In this document: in pieces, positions 1 to 14,975 of the stretch | How the letters are laid out: the number at the start of each line of letters is the position of its first letter | Numbering within the stretch: position 1 is the first letter of the stretch | Origin: Eledone cirrhosa | Lineage: Eukaryota | Assembly: GCA_964016885.1 (NCBI GenBank) | Contig: OZ024742.1 | Location: 330,708,001-330,772,000 of the forward strand | Reading direction: 5' to 3' | Length of the DNA: 64,000 bases | Notes under the pieces: model-generated | What the model was told of the DNA's origin: nothing | The model's database searches: none | What the model saw: only the letters and a program-made list of their open reading frames with translations | Program-made: the position numbers and the translations under genes

Positions 1-918
1 TAAGTATATATTACCCGTATGTTTTGTGAAGGTATGTATACCTTCTCGTACGTATATTTGACTGTTTTGGCGTATAATTTTTACATATTCTGGTATTTAG
101 GGCTTGGTTATGTGTATATGGGAGTTTTGCGTCTGCGTGGGTATGCAGGTTCGTACGTATGGTGGGTGTGTGTATATGTGTACGTCTTGTTTTAGTTGAC
201 TTACGTCTCCGAACCTTCATGTATTTATTTGTAGGTATGTGTGTGCGCTTGTTATATACGTATTTATTTACTTATATACGTTGATATAATTATTTATTTA
301 TTTGTACATAAGCATACACACATACACATATTTATATCGCGTGGTTTTGTATACCTATGGTAAGGTTTTGCGTATGCTTGTGTATGTACGTATCTGTTTG
401 CGTGTATGTATTTATTTGTTCCTATTACTTCTGTAATGTATTTATTTACTTTGTTCTTAACTCTGTAGCGGAGATTCATTCGGTCTCCTAGTTAGAATTT
501 TAGTCAACGACTTCTGCTATACCATTTACGTGGTTTTGTCTTTGCACGCTATTGTTCCCCACGCTCCACATATGACTTATTATCTTCGTTTTTTCGTTCA
601 TTGCCAGAGAACGTCTCTATGCACCACTTAGAGAACATTAGTCTACGACCTCTTTTATACCATAAACGTGGTTCTGTCCTTGCACGTAATTGTTTTTCAC
701 CGCTACTATTAATGACGTATTATTCGTTTTTTTTTCCCGTTCTTTGCCAGCGAACGTCACCATGAACCAAAGTATCGTCTTCCTGTCTTCCTCCGGTTGC
801 AACGTTTTTTGAAATATCCAGTTCTGCGTTTACAGATTGACTTTGTTAGTTTCAGAAGATCCCGTTAAGGGTGAAAGCAGCGATTCTTTGCTTAAACTTT
901 AATCTGTTATTTTAATAA

Positions 919-921
<3 letters not shown>
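1..921 (+). mobile_element. Penelope-like element 3' UTR/pLTR, family A, copy 1 (left end outside window)
   Basis: Near-identical to 2702-3601, which follows a PLE GIY-YIG C-terminus. Ends at ...AATAAATAT directly into (AT)n. Confidence 0.75.
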
Positions 922-3794
<2,873 letters not shown>

Positions 3795-4086
3795 ATTAAT
3801 ATATCTGGCTTTCTGGAGAATAGAGGAAAGGTGTTTCCTCAAAAACCAGTATGACTCTAAAAACCGGTTTGTCTGTGTGTTTACATACAGAATAGCTGGA
3901 CACTCACAGTAAAGTGACCAGTGAAAAACTCGGTACATCTACATATGTATACGTGTGTGTATTCATATGCATACTAGTATTTCAGTATACATATGTGCAT
4001 GTACATTTTTAACTTAATTGTTTAAGTGTCAGTCATACAAAAGTGAGTTACAAATGAAACGAAATTTAATTTCGTTTCGTTATTTG

Positions 4087-5136
<1,050 letters not shown>

Positions 5137-5560
5137 ATAAAAAATTGAACAGGGACAGAACAGAGAGGCAGTACGACAAATGTTTATTAGATTCACGCTC
5201 AGGAGAGTGGGGGGTAGGTGGAGGACGACGTTTCGGGCATAAGCCCTTCTTCAGGTAAGAGTTCAAAAGGTGTGTAGGGGAGTGGTGGAGAGACATATAG
5301 CGAAAGGAAACGGTGCGAATGAAAAATTAACAAATAAAGACAAAAATATAATAAATAAAAATAAAGCATGATCAAAATACAAGGAATGAGAACATTTAAA
5401 AATAAAGGCATGATCAAAATAAACTGAAATTAAAAGGGGGGTAAACAGGTGGTGGAAGGGTGTGGGGTGAGTAGAGGTGGAGGCGGGTGGAGTGGGGAGA
5501 GGGAGACGGGGTGTCCGAGCGGGGAGTAGATGTCGTATTTAATTTGTTGGAAGGCCGACA
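5137..5560 (-). mobile_element. PLE pLTR fragment (C/T-rich UTR, HHR, AATAAA, tail into (AT)n)
   Basis: Minus strand: pyrimidine-rich region, then CTGAAGAAGGGCTTATGCCCGAAACGTC, then AATAAA about 40 nt later. Confidence 0.65.
5225..5256 (-). ncRNA. Minimal hammerhead ribozyme motif
   Basis: CUGAAGA-A-GGGC(UUAU)GCCC-GAAACGUC. Stem III has no loop (dimer-type) and stem I is only about 2 bp. Confidence 0.7.
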
Positions 5561-5564
5561 AACA

Positions 5565-5785
5565 TAAATGTGTATTACTGATTTAGAGCACTCAACCATT
5601 ACTGGAATAAATATTCAATGATATTAAATAAATGGAAACTATATTTATAAAACAATATTTATTTTATTATCTATATTTCAAGGGTAACCAAGAATAATAT
5701 TGGTACGATTTCATCAGATAAAATACACAGTTTGTTTTATAAATAGAGACATACCCATGAAAATCATACTTATTAGCTGGAAATT
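5565..5785 (-). mobile_element. Diverged copy of the family at 43467-44230
   Basis: Shares GATATTAAATAAATGGAAACTATATTTATAAAAC, the TTGAGTGC tail and a CTGATGA...GAAA core. Confidence 0.7.
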
Positions 5786-5929
5786 CACTGGATATATATA
5801 TATATATATATTATTGAATAATTTCGTCCGGTATCGAATGTAACTAAATTCGTGTGACGTAACTTCTGGTGATCAGAGATTTTTTGAGAGACACGGGAGT
5901 AATGAGACAATTGTTAACACTTTGAATAA

Positions 5930-5979
<50 letters not shown>

Positions 5980-5980
5980 A

Positions 5981-6488
5981 TTCGAATATTAATAATAATA
6001 TACGATTCGTTTACACTAATGCAAACAGTGCATTTTATAAGCCACGTCTGAGGAATGAGTCCCTTATTATCGCTCTTGTGTTGGCATTCAAACATAAATG
6101 CAGACACTAATGTTTCTGGTTGATTAACCTTCATCAGTGCAGTTTACTGCTTACCTGTCAACTGTCAGTTAAAATATATGCTATGTTCTGAAATATACTG
6201 TGATTCATCAGCCTGATTTGCACATTAGCAGATTGGCTGATCACTCAGATCTGCATATTAGTAGACCCACTGATTAGCCAGATTTGCATATCAGCAAATA
6301 GGCCAGTCAGTTTCATGTATATGAGCGATTAATGGCCGGTTTTTCCATATTCAAATAACTAACATCTAGTTATCACTCTACATGGCTGAATATAATAAAT
6401 GTAATCTGAGTTTTTCGAATAATAATAATAATATTCGATTCTTTAGCAATTATGTAAACAGCCTCTATTATAATCCATGTCAGTAATA
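5981..6488 (-). mobile_element. HHR-bearing element with about 433-nt period (about 1.2 units)
   Basis: 5981-6050 recurs, diverged, at 6414-6485. Contains one HHR and three internal 33-bp repeats. Flanked by (AT)n. Confidence 0.6.
6099..6141 (-). ncRNA. Type I hammerhead ribozyme
   Basis: UGCA-CUGAUGA-A-GGUU(AAUC)AACC-A-GAA-ACA(UUAG)UGU-C-UGCA. Core intact, GUC cleavage triplet. Confidence 0.8.
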
Positions 6489-6495
6489 TATATGT

Positions 6496-6593
<98 letters not shown>

Positions 6594-6685
6594 GTGTGAA
6601 ACGAGACATGTGTGCGTCTGAGTGCGTGCGTGTGTGTTTGACTGTAGATATGTGTGTACAAGTTTTATGTACGTACATATGCATG

Positions 6686-6740
<55 letters not shown>

Positions 6741-6746
<6 letters not shown>

Positions 6747-7054
6747 GTGAGGTTTTTTTTACAAAATAAAAAATAACCGAGGTGTCCTACACGAGTGGAA
6801 GTATAAAGAAAAAGAGATGAAATCGAAAATGCAACTGGAGTCTTATTTTTTAAAAAAATATATATATTTATTTGGTTCCTTTACCGGTTTCGCAGTTCTT
6901 CTGCTTTTCAAAAGGTGAGTTGAGATCAGACCCTCCATCTCAACTCACCTTTTGAAAAGCAGAAGAACTGCGAAACCGGTAAAGGAACCAAATAAATATA
7001 TATATTTAAAAAAAAAATAAGACTCCAGTTGCATTTTCGATTTCATCTCTTTTT

Positions 7055-7061
<7 letters not shown>
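6741..7061. mobile_element. Asymmetric palindromic insert: about 125-bp arms 6802-6926 and 6937-7061, 10-nt spacer, 61-nt tail
   Basis: Near-perfect inverted repeat between (AT)n runs. One HHR in each arm. Confidence 0.85.
6948..6985 (+). ncRNA. Minimal hammerhead with U3:A8 core variant (mirror copy 6878-6915, minus)
   Basis: CCUU-UUGAAAA-GCAG(AAGAA)CUGC-GAA-ACCGGU-A-AAGG. Confidence 0.7.
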
Positions 7062-7120
<59 letters not shown>

Positions 7121-10100
7121 ACATTAAAGCAAGGTGAAAAACCGTCGAAATAACTTTAGTCATTAGTCCTTCGTCCAGAAAGGAGGTAATAAAATAAGGA
7201 AAGCTATGAAGCCTGAAAAGGAAGATGAGATGTAATGGAAAAAGAAAAGAGACATGCTGTGAGGGTCGGTGAATACGTCGCCCGCTTATTAGAAATGAAA
7301 ACCTGCATTGTTTGCAATATTTTCTTGTCAGTTTATATCACAGTATGCAGGACTGTTTTGTCTAAAATTTTGAATATGTATGCATCATATTTGAAAACTA
7401 TTGTTTTAAAATATGTTATTTCTACTTTTTACAACATTAACAATCCATTCAAGTAGACACGCAATTCTATTTCATTTTCTTTAAATATGTGTAAGCTTGT
7501 AAGTGAATATATTGCATATTTTGCAAATATTGAATATATTTAAACCTTTCAAAGAAATATTAATTGAAGTACTTGGAAAAATAAATATATTTCCCAAACA
7601 AAACAAAATAAAAAAAATATATATATTTATTGTCATTAATAATTGTCAGGAACACAAATAAATTTAACTGCATAACGTAATTTGTGCATTTTTTAATGAA
7701 GTCCACTTTAAGTACCAATGAAGGTGTAGAACATATATTCGGATGTTGCGTTAAGGAAATAAAGATTTCGAGGATTCCATATGAAATTTCAAACTACATA
7801 GTGCCTCTTACATATGCAGTGACCAGATACCTCTATAGGTGCAATGATTCAGAGTTAAAATCTGGTTAGGCAAACATTGGTTCTCTCTAAAGTCTCTCAT
7901 TCCTATCTATATCATCATCTGCCTTCTTACCTCCATCTTCTGCCGTTATGATCTCTCCCTCTGAATAAAATGCAAGCCTCTCTCTTAATCTGTTTCCACT
8001 CACACTTTCTCTCTCCCATTCTAATTTTATCTGTCGATCATCCTTATTTTACTACTTCTAAAACCGCCACTAAACATTTAACACAATCTGAAATTCTCCA
8101 TTTGTACTTAGATACACATCCAAGTATGTCGCCCTCTAGGCGCCTCTTTTGCCTTAGCCTCCCTTGTTCTCCAACATAACATAATTTCATCTTAAAATAC
8201 GGTTCATTGAGAAAACTAGTTGTCGACACCTCTTTGTCTGACTGAACTAAAATACTTACTAAACTTGTCTTTTCAGCTTCACACACCACACACCTTCACG
8301 CTGAAGACGTTTTTTTTCTTTTACAGTATCACCTCTTCAGCACATTGGATATTTCCATAAACTGCTACGTGGCAAATAATTCAAATGGTTTATTTATTCG
8401 AAAGAAATTATTATATACTAAATTTATTCATACTATTTTTTTATAAGACAGTGATTATTTATGGCTAAGTAGTGCGCCTCTCTGACATCTGTACTCTAGG
8501 CAGATTCTTAGTTGAAATTAATAGATGGCGTCTGGATTGCATAGATGCTCCTACTCCTCATCGACTCCAATGCCAGACTATTCCGAACACACATTGATTT
8601 AATAACATTTTCTCGGAAAAAAGAAACGTTTGTAAATGGTCCTCCAGATTGTTACTGATGAATGCAATTTCTATTTACCTAAGACTACAATTTCTACATA
8701 CAGTAATTACAATAAATTTTCATATGGGCTAAGTCGATTGACACTTACCCGCTTTAGTAGGTAATCTGTTGCTCTACCATTCGTAAAAGGTTTCGTTTGA
8801 TTTCTGGTTCGGGTAATGCGCTGTGTTTTGAGAAAGGCATTTTATTTTACCTTGCATCTAGTGCATTCAGTTGCAAAAATTTGACTTGTTCCTGCATTTC
8901 ATTCAGATAGACTTGTCACATCTGGTATCATTTTTCATCTCCGTGAGGATAAAGTTAAACGAGTTCAAGTCAGAGGAATTCTCAGCCACTTACCTGTATA
9001 TTCTCGGAAGAGAGTGTTCTCTTGGAACAACTATAACGCTCTTCGCCAGAACCGATTGAGATCCCAAAACGATTTTTGCCGTTGATAGCGAACTGAATAC
9101 CAAATATAAAATATGTATTTATTATATGCTGTATAATTTACTAGTTCGATATTTCAATATAATCGTACTTATAGATGTTTCTACTGATAATATTATAAAT
9201 ATCTTATTCTGTGATCGATGAAAAGTGTCTGACAGATTCAATTTACCTAATATTGATTTGAAACATACCTTCACACGTTATGTGATTGGAATTTTGATAT
9301 TTCGAAAGTGTTTCTCTTTAATTCATTTTAGCCAGAGTGTAGCTAAATTCCAGACATTTTGTACATTCTAAAATGTTTTCTAAAATGTTTTCATATAATT
9401 CCAAAACACCTTTTTGTTGATTGGCCTTTTCATTTCTATCTTGTCATTTATGTCCGATGATTTAATTGCCTACATCATGTTTGGTTACTTTCTTTTGTTG
9501 TGGAAATCTCATTAGCTTAACTTATATTTTCAATTTCTAACCTCCACATATTTTTCTCATTTTGATCTTCAATGTGGTTGATGGTGTATGAATTCATCAA
9601 TTTATTTACGATATATATAACCGTCAATCATTCTTAGACGCATGAATTAAGTTCAACATGTCAGTGAACAATTCAATAAGAAAGTATTTCTTCAGCTATC
9701 TATTAAATGATGTGCAAGTGTTACAGTTTGTGCATATAAATAAAGATAGTCATTTTGAACGACAACACAAGTAACATTTCATACACTAAGTATCTATGGA
9801 AGTTCACAGATGATATCTACAGAAGTTATTTCTCTGAAACTTTAATTACAATCGTACATTCATAAAATGTGCATTCATAGAAACGTAAATCTATTAATAA
9901 ATCTTGCAATGAAACAGAATCCCATTTGTTTTATATCCATTGCACTCTGGCGCGGAACACCTTTGCGCAGGACGTAATTTCTTTAAGAAAAACTAAATTC
10001 CAAAAGGGTGAGTCGTTAGCATTGACAGATTTCATGCGGAATTTTTCCTTTAAAAAATGTAAGTCTATTTTCAATGGAGCCGTAGTTAACATTGCTTATA

Positions 10101-10876
10101 TTCCTTTCGGGTTGGATAACTGAAATCACCACTCAAGGATTTGAGGTTAGGTATTTCCATATTAATATGAGCTAGATTATATGTGAATGGAAGAAAGATG
10201 TAAGTAAATTGTGAATGGAATTACAATAAAAACTTTCAATTAACCACTTCATTTTAAAGGAGACGAGAGTTGTATTGCTGGTTATGACGAGTATTCCACT
10301 AGATTTGATCAACAGAAGAATATGTTCATGAGATTAATGAGAAATAGGATGATGAATACAGGTTAAACTCATGTTTTCAATCTGAGAGGACTGGAGATTG
10401 GTGATATATCGTATCTGGTTGAATGGCAACATACACCACAGAGAATTGAACACACGGCTTTATAATTCATGGCTGAGCACCAGAACCGTTGACCCTCATA
10501 TCCTTAGAGATTAAACATTTACGCACTAGTACAATTTCTGTATGAGCATTATAAATAATATAGAATATGTTTCAGTCTGCAGAAATTATATGATACGGAG
10601 AAGTCGTATGTTTTAGCAAGTGGCATAGATTACACATACGGTTTCAATTAAGCAAGCGTTTTAAAAACTTTCTGTTCTAGAACATTCAACAATGACATAT
10701 GTAATCTCAGCTTATAATGTCAAGTCTAATTATCAATTAAAATACACATATTGATTATTAGTAGAGGCTGATAATTAAACATGTGCAAATGATATGATGA
10801 AATACATTTAAACTACATTAGAAAAGCATGAATATTATACAAAGACACACACACATATATATATATATATTCATGA

Positions 10877-10909
<33 letters not shown>

Positions 10910-10924
10910 GTGTGTGTGTGTGCG

Positions 10925-11021
<97 letters not shown>

Positions 11022-11052
11022 ATAAATATATATATATATGTATATATATATA

Positions 11053-11534
11053 TATGTATAAATAGTTCGTATCTCCAAAGAAATACAGTTTTAGGAAGCC
11101 GTATCTATGCAAACACCGGGGGGTTAACGCCCTATAGTGATGTCCAGCAGAAGCAAGCGGGACAACCGTCTATGCATTTCAGACTTAACTATCCTTCGTC
11201 AGGACGGTCCCTCCCACCGCTTGCGACTGCTGGACTAGAAGACAGGTGATAATATATACTTTTCTCGTCTGTGTAAATGAGGTGATTAATCTCATTTGTA
11301 TATGAAGCTGCATAAGTTGGCTCAACTGATAATAAAAAAGAAATAGGATTTCTCTTCAAGCAGAGCTTTATACAATATGTATAAATATTTCGTATCCCCA
11401 AAGAAATACAGTTTTATGAAGCCGTACGATATGCAAACACCGGGTGGCTAACGCCCTCCTAAAACTGTATTTCTTTGGAGATACGAAATATTTATACATA
11501 TTGTATGAAGCTATCCTTGAACCGAAATCCTATT

Positions 11535-11541
<7 letters not shown>
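11053..11541 (-). mobile_element. Candidate retrozyme family B: 323-nt tandem unit (about 1.25 units) plus inverted end
   Basis: TTCGTATC..AAAGAAATACAGTTTTA at 11066 and 11389. 11458-11541 is an inverted copy of the 3' end with a 40-nt tail. One HHR per unit. Flanked by (AT)n. Confidence 0.8.
11165..11208 (-). ncRNA. Type I hammerhead ribozyme, intact core
   Basis: ACCGUC-CUGACGA-AGG(AUAGUUAAG)UCU-GAA-AUGCAU-A-GACGGU. 6-bp stem I and palindromic stem III. Confidence 0.85.
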
Positions 11542-11590
<49 letters not shown>

Positions 11591-11595
<5 letters not shown>

Positions 11596-11709
11596 AACAA
11601 GTAAGACCCCCTTGGGGTCTTACTTGTTCCTATTACCCACTCTACTACCCTAAGTATTGAGTACTTTGGTGCGTTATGGTCCACCTGGTTCCTTACCACA
11701 TTTCCTCCG

Positions 11710-11711
<2 letters not shown>
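11591..11711 (+). mobile_element. Miniature asymmetric palindrome: 20-bp perfect hairpin plus 78-nt tail
   Basis: ATAGGAACAAGTAAGACCCC-CTT-GGGGTCTTACTTGTTCCTAT, then a tail containing TTGAGTAC. (AT)n on both sides. Confidence 0.7.
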
Positions 11712-11757
<46 letters not shown>

Positions 11758-12028
11758 GTATGTACACGTACATACATATATGTATACAGACGTACAGTAG
11801 TATGTATATATATACACATACATGCACATGCATATATATATGTAGGTATGGATTCACCGAACATTTATTATAATGCTTGGCGTGTTTGTAAACAAACATC
11901 CCGTATTAAGCCGTAGCGTCTAGCAACCATCGTTGCTCGTTTGTTCAACACTGACTAAAGAATTGGGCTACTCAGCCGTTAATATGCATAAGGTAAGTAT
12001 ATACATTCAACAATCTGGTAGTAGGTAT

Positions 12029-12071
12029 ACGTTGCTGACGATAGCTCATAAGCTTGAAACTAGTACAGCGT
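12029..12071 (+). ncRNA. Type I hammerhead ribozyme (family C, unit 1)
   Basis: ACGUUG-CUGACGA-U-AGCU(CAUA)AGCU-U-GAA-ACUAGU-A-CAGCGU. Confidence 0.8.
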
Positions 12072-12546
12072 TCCTTTGTCAGTGTTGAACAAACGAGCAA
12101 CGATGGTTGCTATACACTTCTGCTTAATACCGGATGTTTGTTTACAAACACACTGAGCATTATAATAAATGTTCGGTGAATCCATACGTACATATATATA
12201 AGTGTACATATATGTATATATTTATACATGCTACTGTACGTCTGTATACATATATGAATGTTCGGTAAATTCATACGTACATATATATTTATGTGTGTGC
12301 ATGTATGTATATATATATATATATACATACTACTGTACGTCTGTATACATATATGTTTGTACGTGTACGTACTTATATTTAAGTAACAGCCGTACTAAGA
12401 GTGGGAAATGAAATTTCGTTTCATTTTCTCCGTTTAACGTTTTCGGTGCACCCGGCCGATTAACCCACTCGGTATGCAAATTGGGCTACTCAGCCGTTAA
12501 TATGCATAAGGTAAGTATATACGTTCAACAATCCGGCAGGAAGGTG

Positions 12547-12589
12547 ACGTTGCTGACGATAGCTAAGAAGCTTGAAACTAGTACATCGT
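12547..12589 (+). ncRNA. Type I hammerhead ribozyme (family C, unit 2)
   Basis: Same fold with loop II AAGA and one stem I mismatch. Confidence 0.75.
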
Positions 12590-12970
12590 CCCTTTGTCAG
12601 TGTTTAACAATCGAGCAACGATGGTTGCTAGACACTACGGCTTATTACGGGATGTTTGTTTGTTTACAAACACACCAAGCATTATAATAGATGTTCGGTG
12701 AACCCATACGTACATATATATATGTGTGCATGTATGTATATATATATACATACTACTGTACGGCTGTATACATATATGTATGTACGTGTACATACTTATA
12801 TTTAAGTAACAGCCCTATTAAGAGTGGGAAATGAAATTTCGTTTCCTTTTCTCCGTTTATCGTTTTCGGTGCAGCCGGCCGATTAACCCAGTCGATATGC
12901 AAATTGGGCTACTCAACCGTTAATATGCATAAGGTAAGTATATACGTTCAACAATCTGGCAGAAAGGTAT

Positions 12971-13013
12971 ATGTTGCTGACGATAGCTAATGAGCTTTAA
13001 ACTAGTACAGCGT
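12971..13013 (+). ncRNA. Hammerhead (family C, unit 3), probably inactive (G12U)
   Basis: Same fold with loop II AAUG, but GAAA reads UAAA. Confidence 0.65.
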
Positions 13014-13274
13014 TCATTTGTCAGTGTTGAACAAACGAGCAACGATGGTTGCTAGACACTACAGCTTAATACGGGATGTTTGTTTACAAACACACCGAGC
13101 ATTATAATAAATGTTCGGTGAATGCATACGTACACATATATATGTGTGCATGTATGTATATATATACACACTACTGTATGTCTGTATACATATATGTATG
13201 TACGTGCGTGTACATACTTATATTTAAATAACAGCCGTACTAAATGGGAAATGAAATTAAGTTTCATTTTCTCC

Positions 13275-13341
<67 letters not shown>

Positions 13342-13452
13342 TATATAATGCATGTTTATACATGTATATATACATGCTTGTTTGTGTGTATTTATTTATA
13401 CATATATATGTATGTATCTCTCTCCCTGTATATAAATATATATATATATATA

Positions 13453-13664
13453 TTAGTTTTAATATAGATGAGATTCTACAGGACTAGAACTGTTTCATTC
13501 TTTAGAAATCATCAGGAAAATCCTGATGATTCCTTATGATTTCTAAAGAATGAAACATTTGTAGTCCTATAGAATCTTATCTATATTAATACTTTTATAC
13601 TCTGCAATGTATTGAGTACCTTACTTACTGTGGTTACCTTCGATTCAACCCGGAATAACGTACC
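13453..13664. mobile_element. Asymmetric palindromic insert with partial HHR
   Basis: Arms about 13453-13512 and 13536-13593. Minus arm reads CUGAUGA-U-UUC(UAAA)GAA-U-GAAAC. Tail carries TTGAGTAC at 13612. Confidence 0.7.
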
Positions 13665-13690
13665 TATATACACACACACACACACACGCG

Positions 13691-13783
<93 letters not shown>

Positions 13784-13794
13784 GTATATATATA

Positions 13795-13837
<43 letters not shown>

Positions 13838-14614
13838 ATAGATTCAGGGCTCGACAGTGGAGCTCTTGCCAGTTAAAGCACAAACGCGAAACCACCATTG
13901 AAGCGACCAGAAAAAACGCACAGTCATGCACATACGTATTTTATCTGTCTGTCAAGTGTTCTCAAATGATCACCAACCGGTTTGTCGGTATGACAACTGC
14001 GGTTGGTGTTGCTGTTTCGAGTGTGTTTGTTATATTTGTTGCGGTTTGTAGTGGTAAATTCTGTTGTGCTTAAACATATTTTTGCATTATTTTTAAATAA
14101 ATCATTATCAAATAAATAAATAATAAATAAAGAAATCATTATTTTACTTGGTCATGTGCATATTTTTACATTTTATTTTAGAAGAATTCTAATATTGGCA
14201 TGTGTGTGTGTCGTAATGTTGGGGGTGCCTCTGGGTACGTATTATATTTGTATGTATGTAGGTTACTCCTTGCCTCCAAGTGTGCGGTTTGTGTGGAACA
14301 TAGAGGCGTGTTGATATTTTGATTTTTTGGCTATTCAGTTTAGTCGTTCTAAGGTCACCGAGGGTGACTGTGTGTGCGTAGTGGTGCTGCTTTCGGAGGA
14401 ATAGTTATTGTTGCTTTAGTAATGGAATCTGTGGATGGAGGTTATAGTTTCTGTGCAGCATTTCGATGGGTGTCGTGGAGCCGGGTTTTGGGGAGTAAGT
14501 CATTATAGGTTAAGTTTTGGAAGTTCAGGTTGTGTTTGATTCGAATATACGAGGTTGTGTGTATACAATCAAAGATACATATATATCTATGGTTTTGTTA
14601 TTAGTTGGTATGTG

Positions 14615-14975
14615 GTAGCAGAAAGGTGTGAAATACGGAGGGAGATGTTCTTGAACAAATCTTTGGTGATTGCTCTTTTGTGGTTAGAATGTTTATGTAT
14701 ATACTGTAGGGTTTCATTCGGTTTTCGAAGGGGTGTGCAGTGGCTTCTCCAGTATTAGGTTTGTGTACAAGGAATCAGTACAGGTGAGAGACGTCTCTAT
14801 GTTAATTTTAAATCCTAATTCCTGAAAGTCTCTGATCCGATGTTTGCGTACCCGGTCTGTAAAGCTAGTGGGTATATCTAGTAAGGGTTATGAGTCCATC
14901 GTCTTGGTATAAACACCTTCCGATGGCAGTGAACATTTCTACTCGGTTCTGGAGTATGTAAACAAGATATTCTTA
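14615..14975 (-). pseudogene. PLE reverse transcriptase fragment (degenerate)
   Basis: Manual translation across frameshifts: CLYQDDGLITL...IRDFQELGFKINIETSL...RKPNETLQYIHKHSNHKRAITKDLFKNISLRISHLS. Resembles the YRDDGL motif and the YIHxxSNHP thumb motif of PLE RTs. Confidence 0.75.

Larger units (their letters stand above)
11756..13278 (+). mobile_element. Candidate retrozyme family C: three tandem units of about 424 nt plus inverted arm 11756-11955
   Basis: AATTGGGCTACTCA at about 11961, 12479 and 12902. The first unit has an internal duplication of about 90 nt. One HHR per unit. Confidence 0.85.

Noticed and set aside
11961-13278. Repeat-spacer appearance suggesting a CRISPR array
   Set aside because: The whole unit repeats with no unique spacers, the context is eukaryotic, and there are no cas genes.
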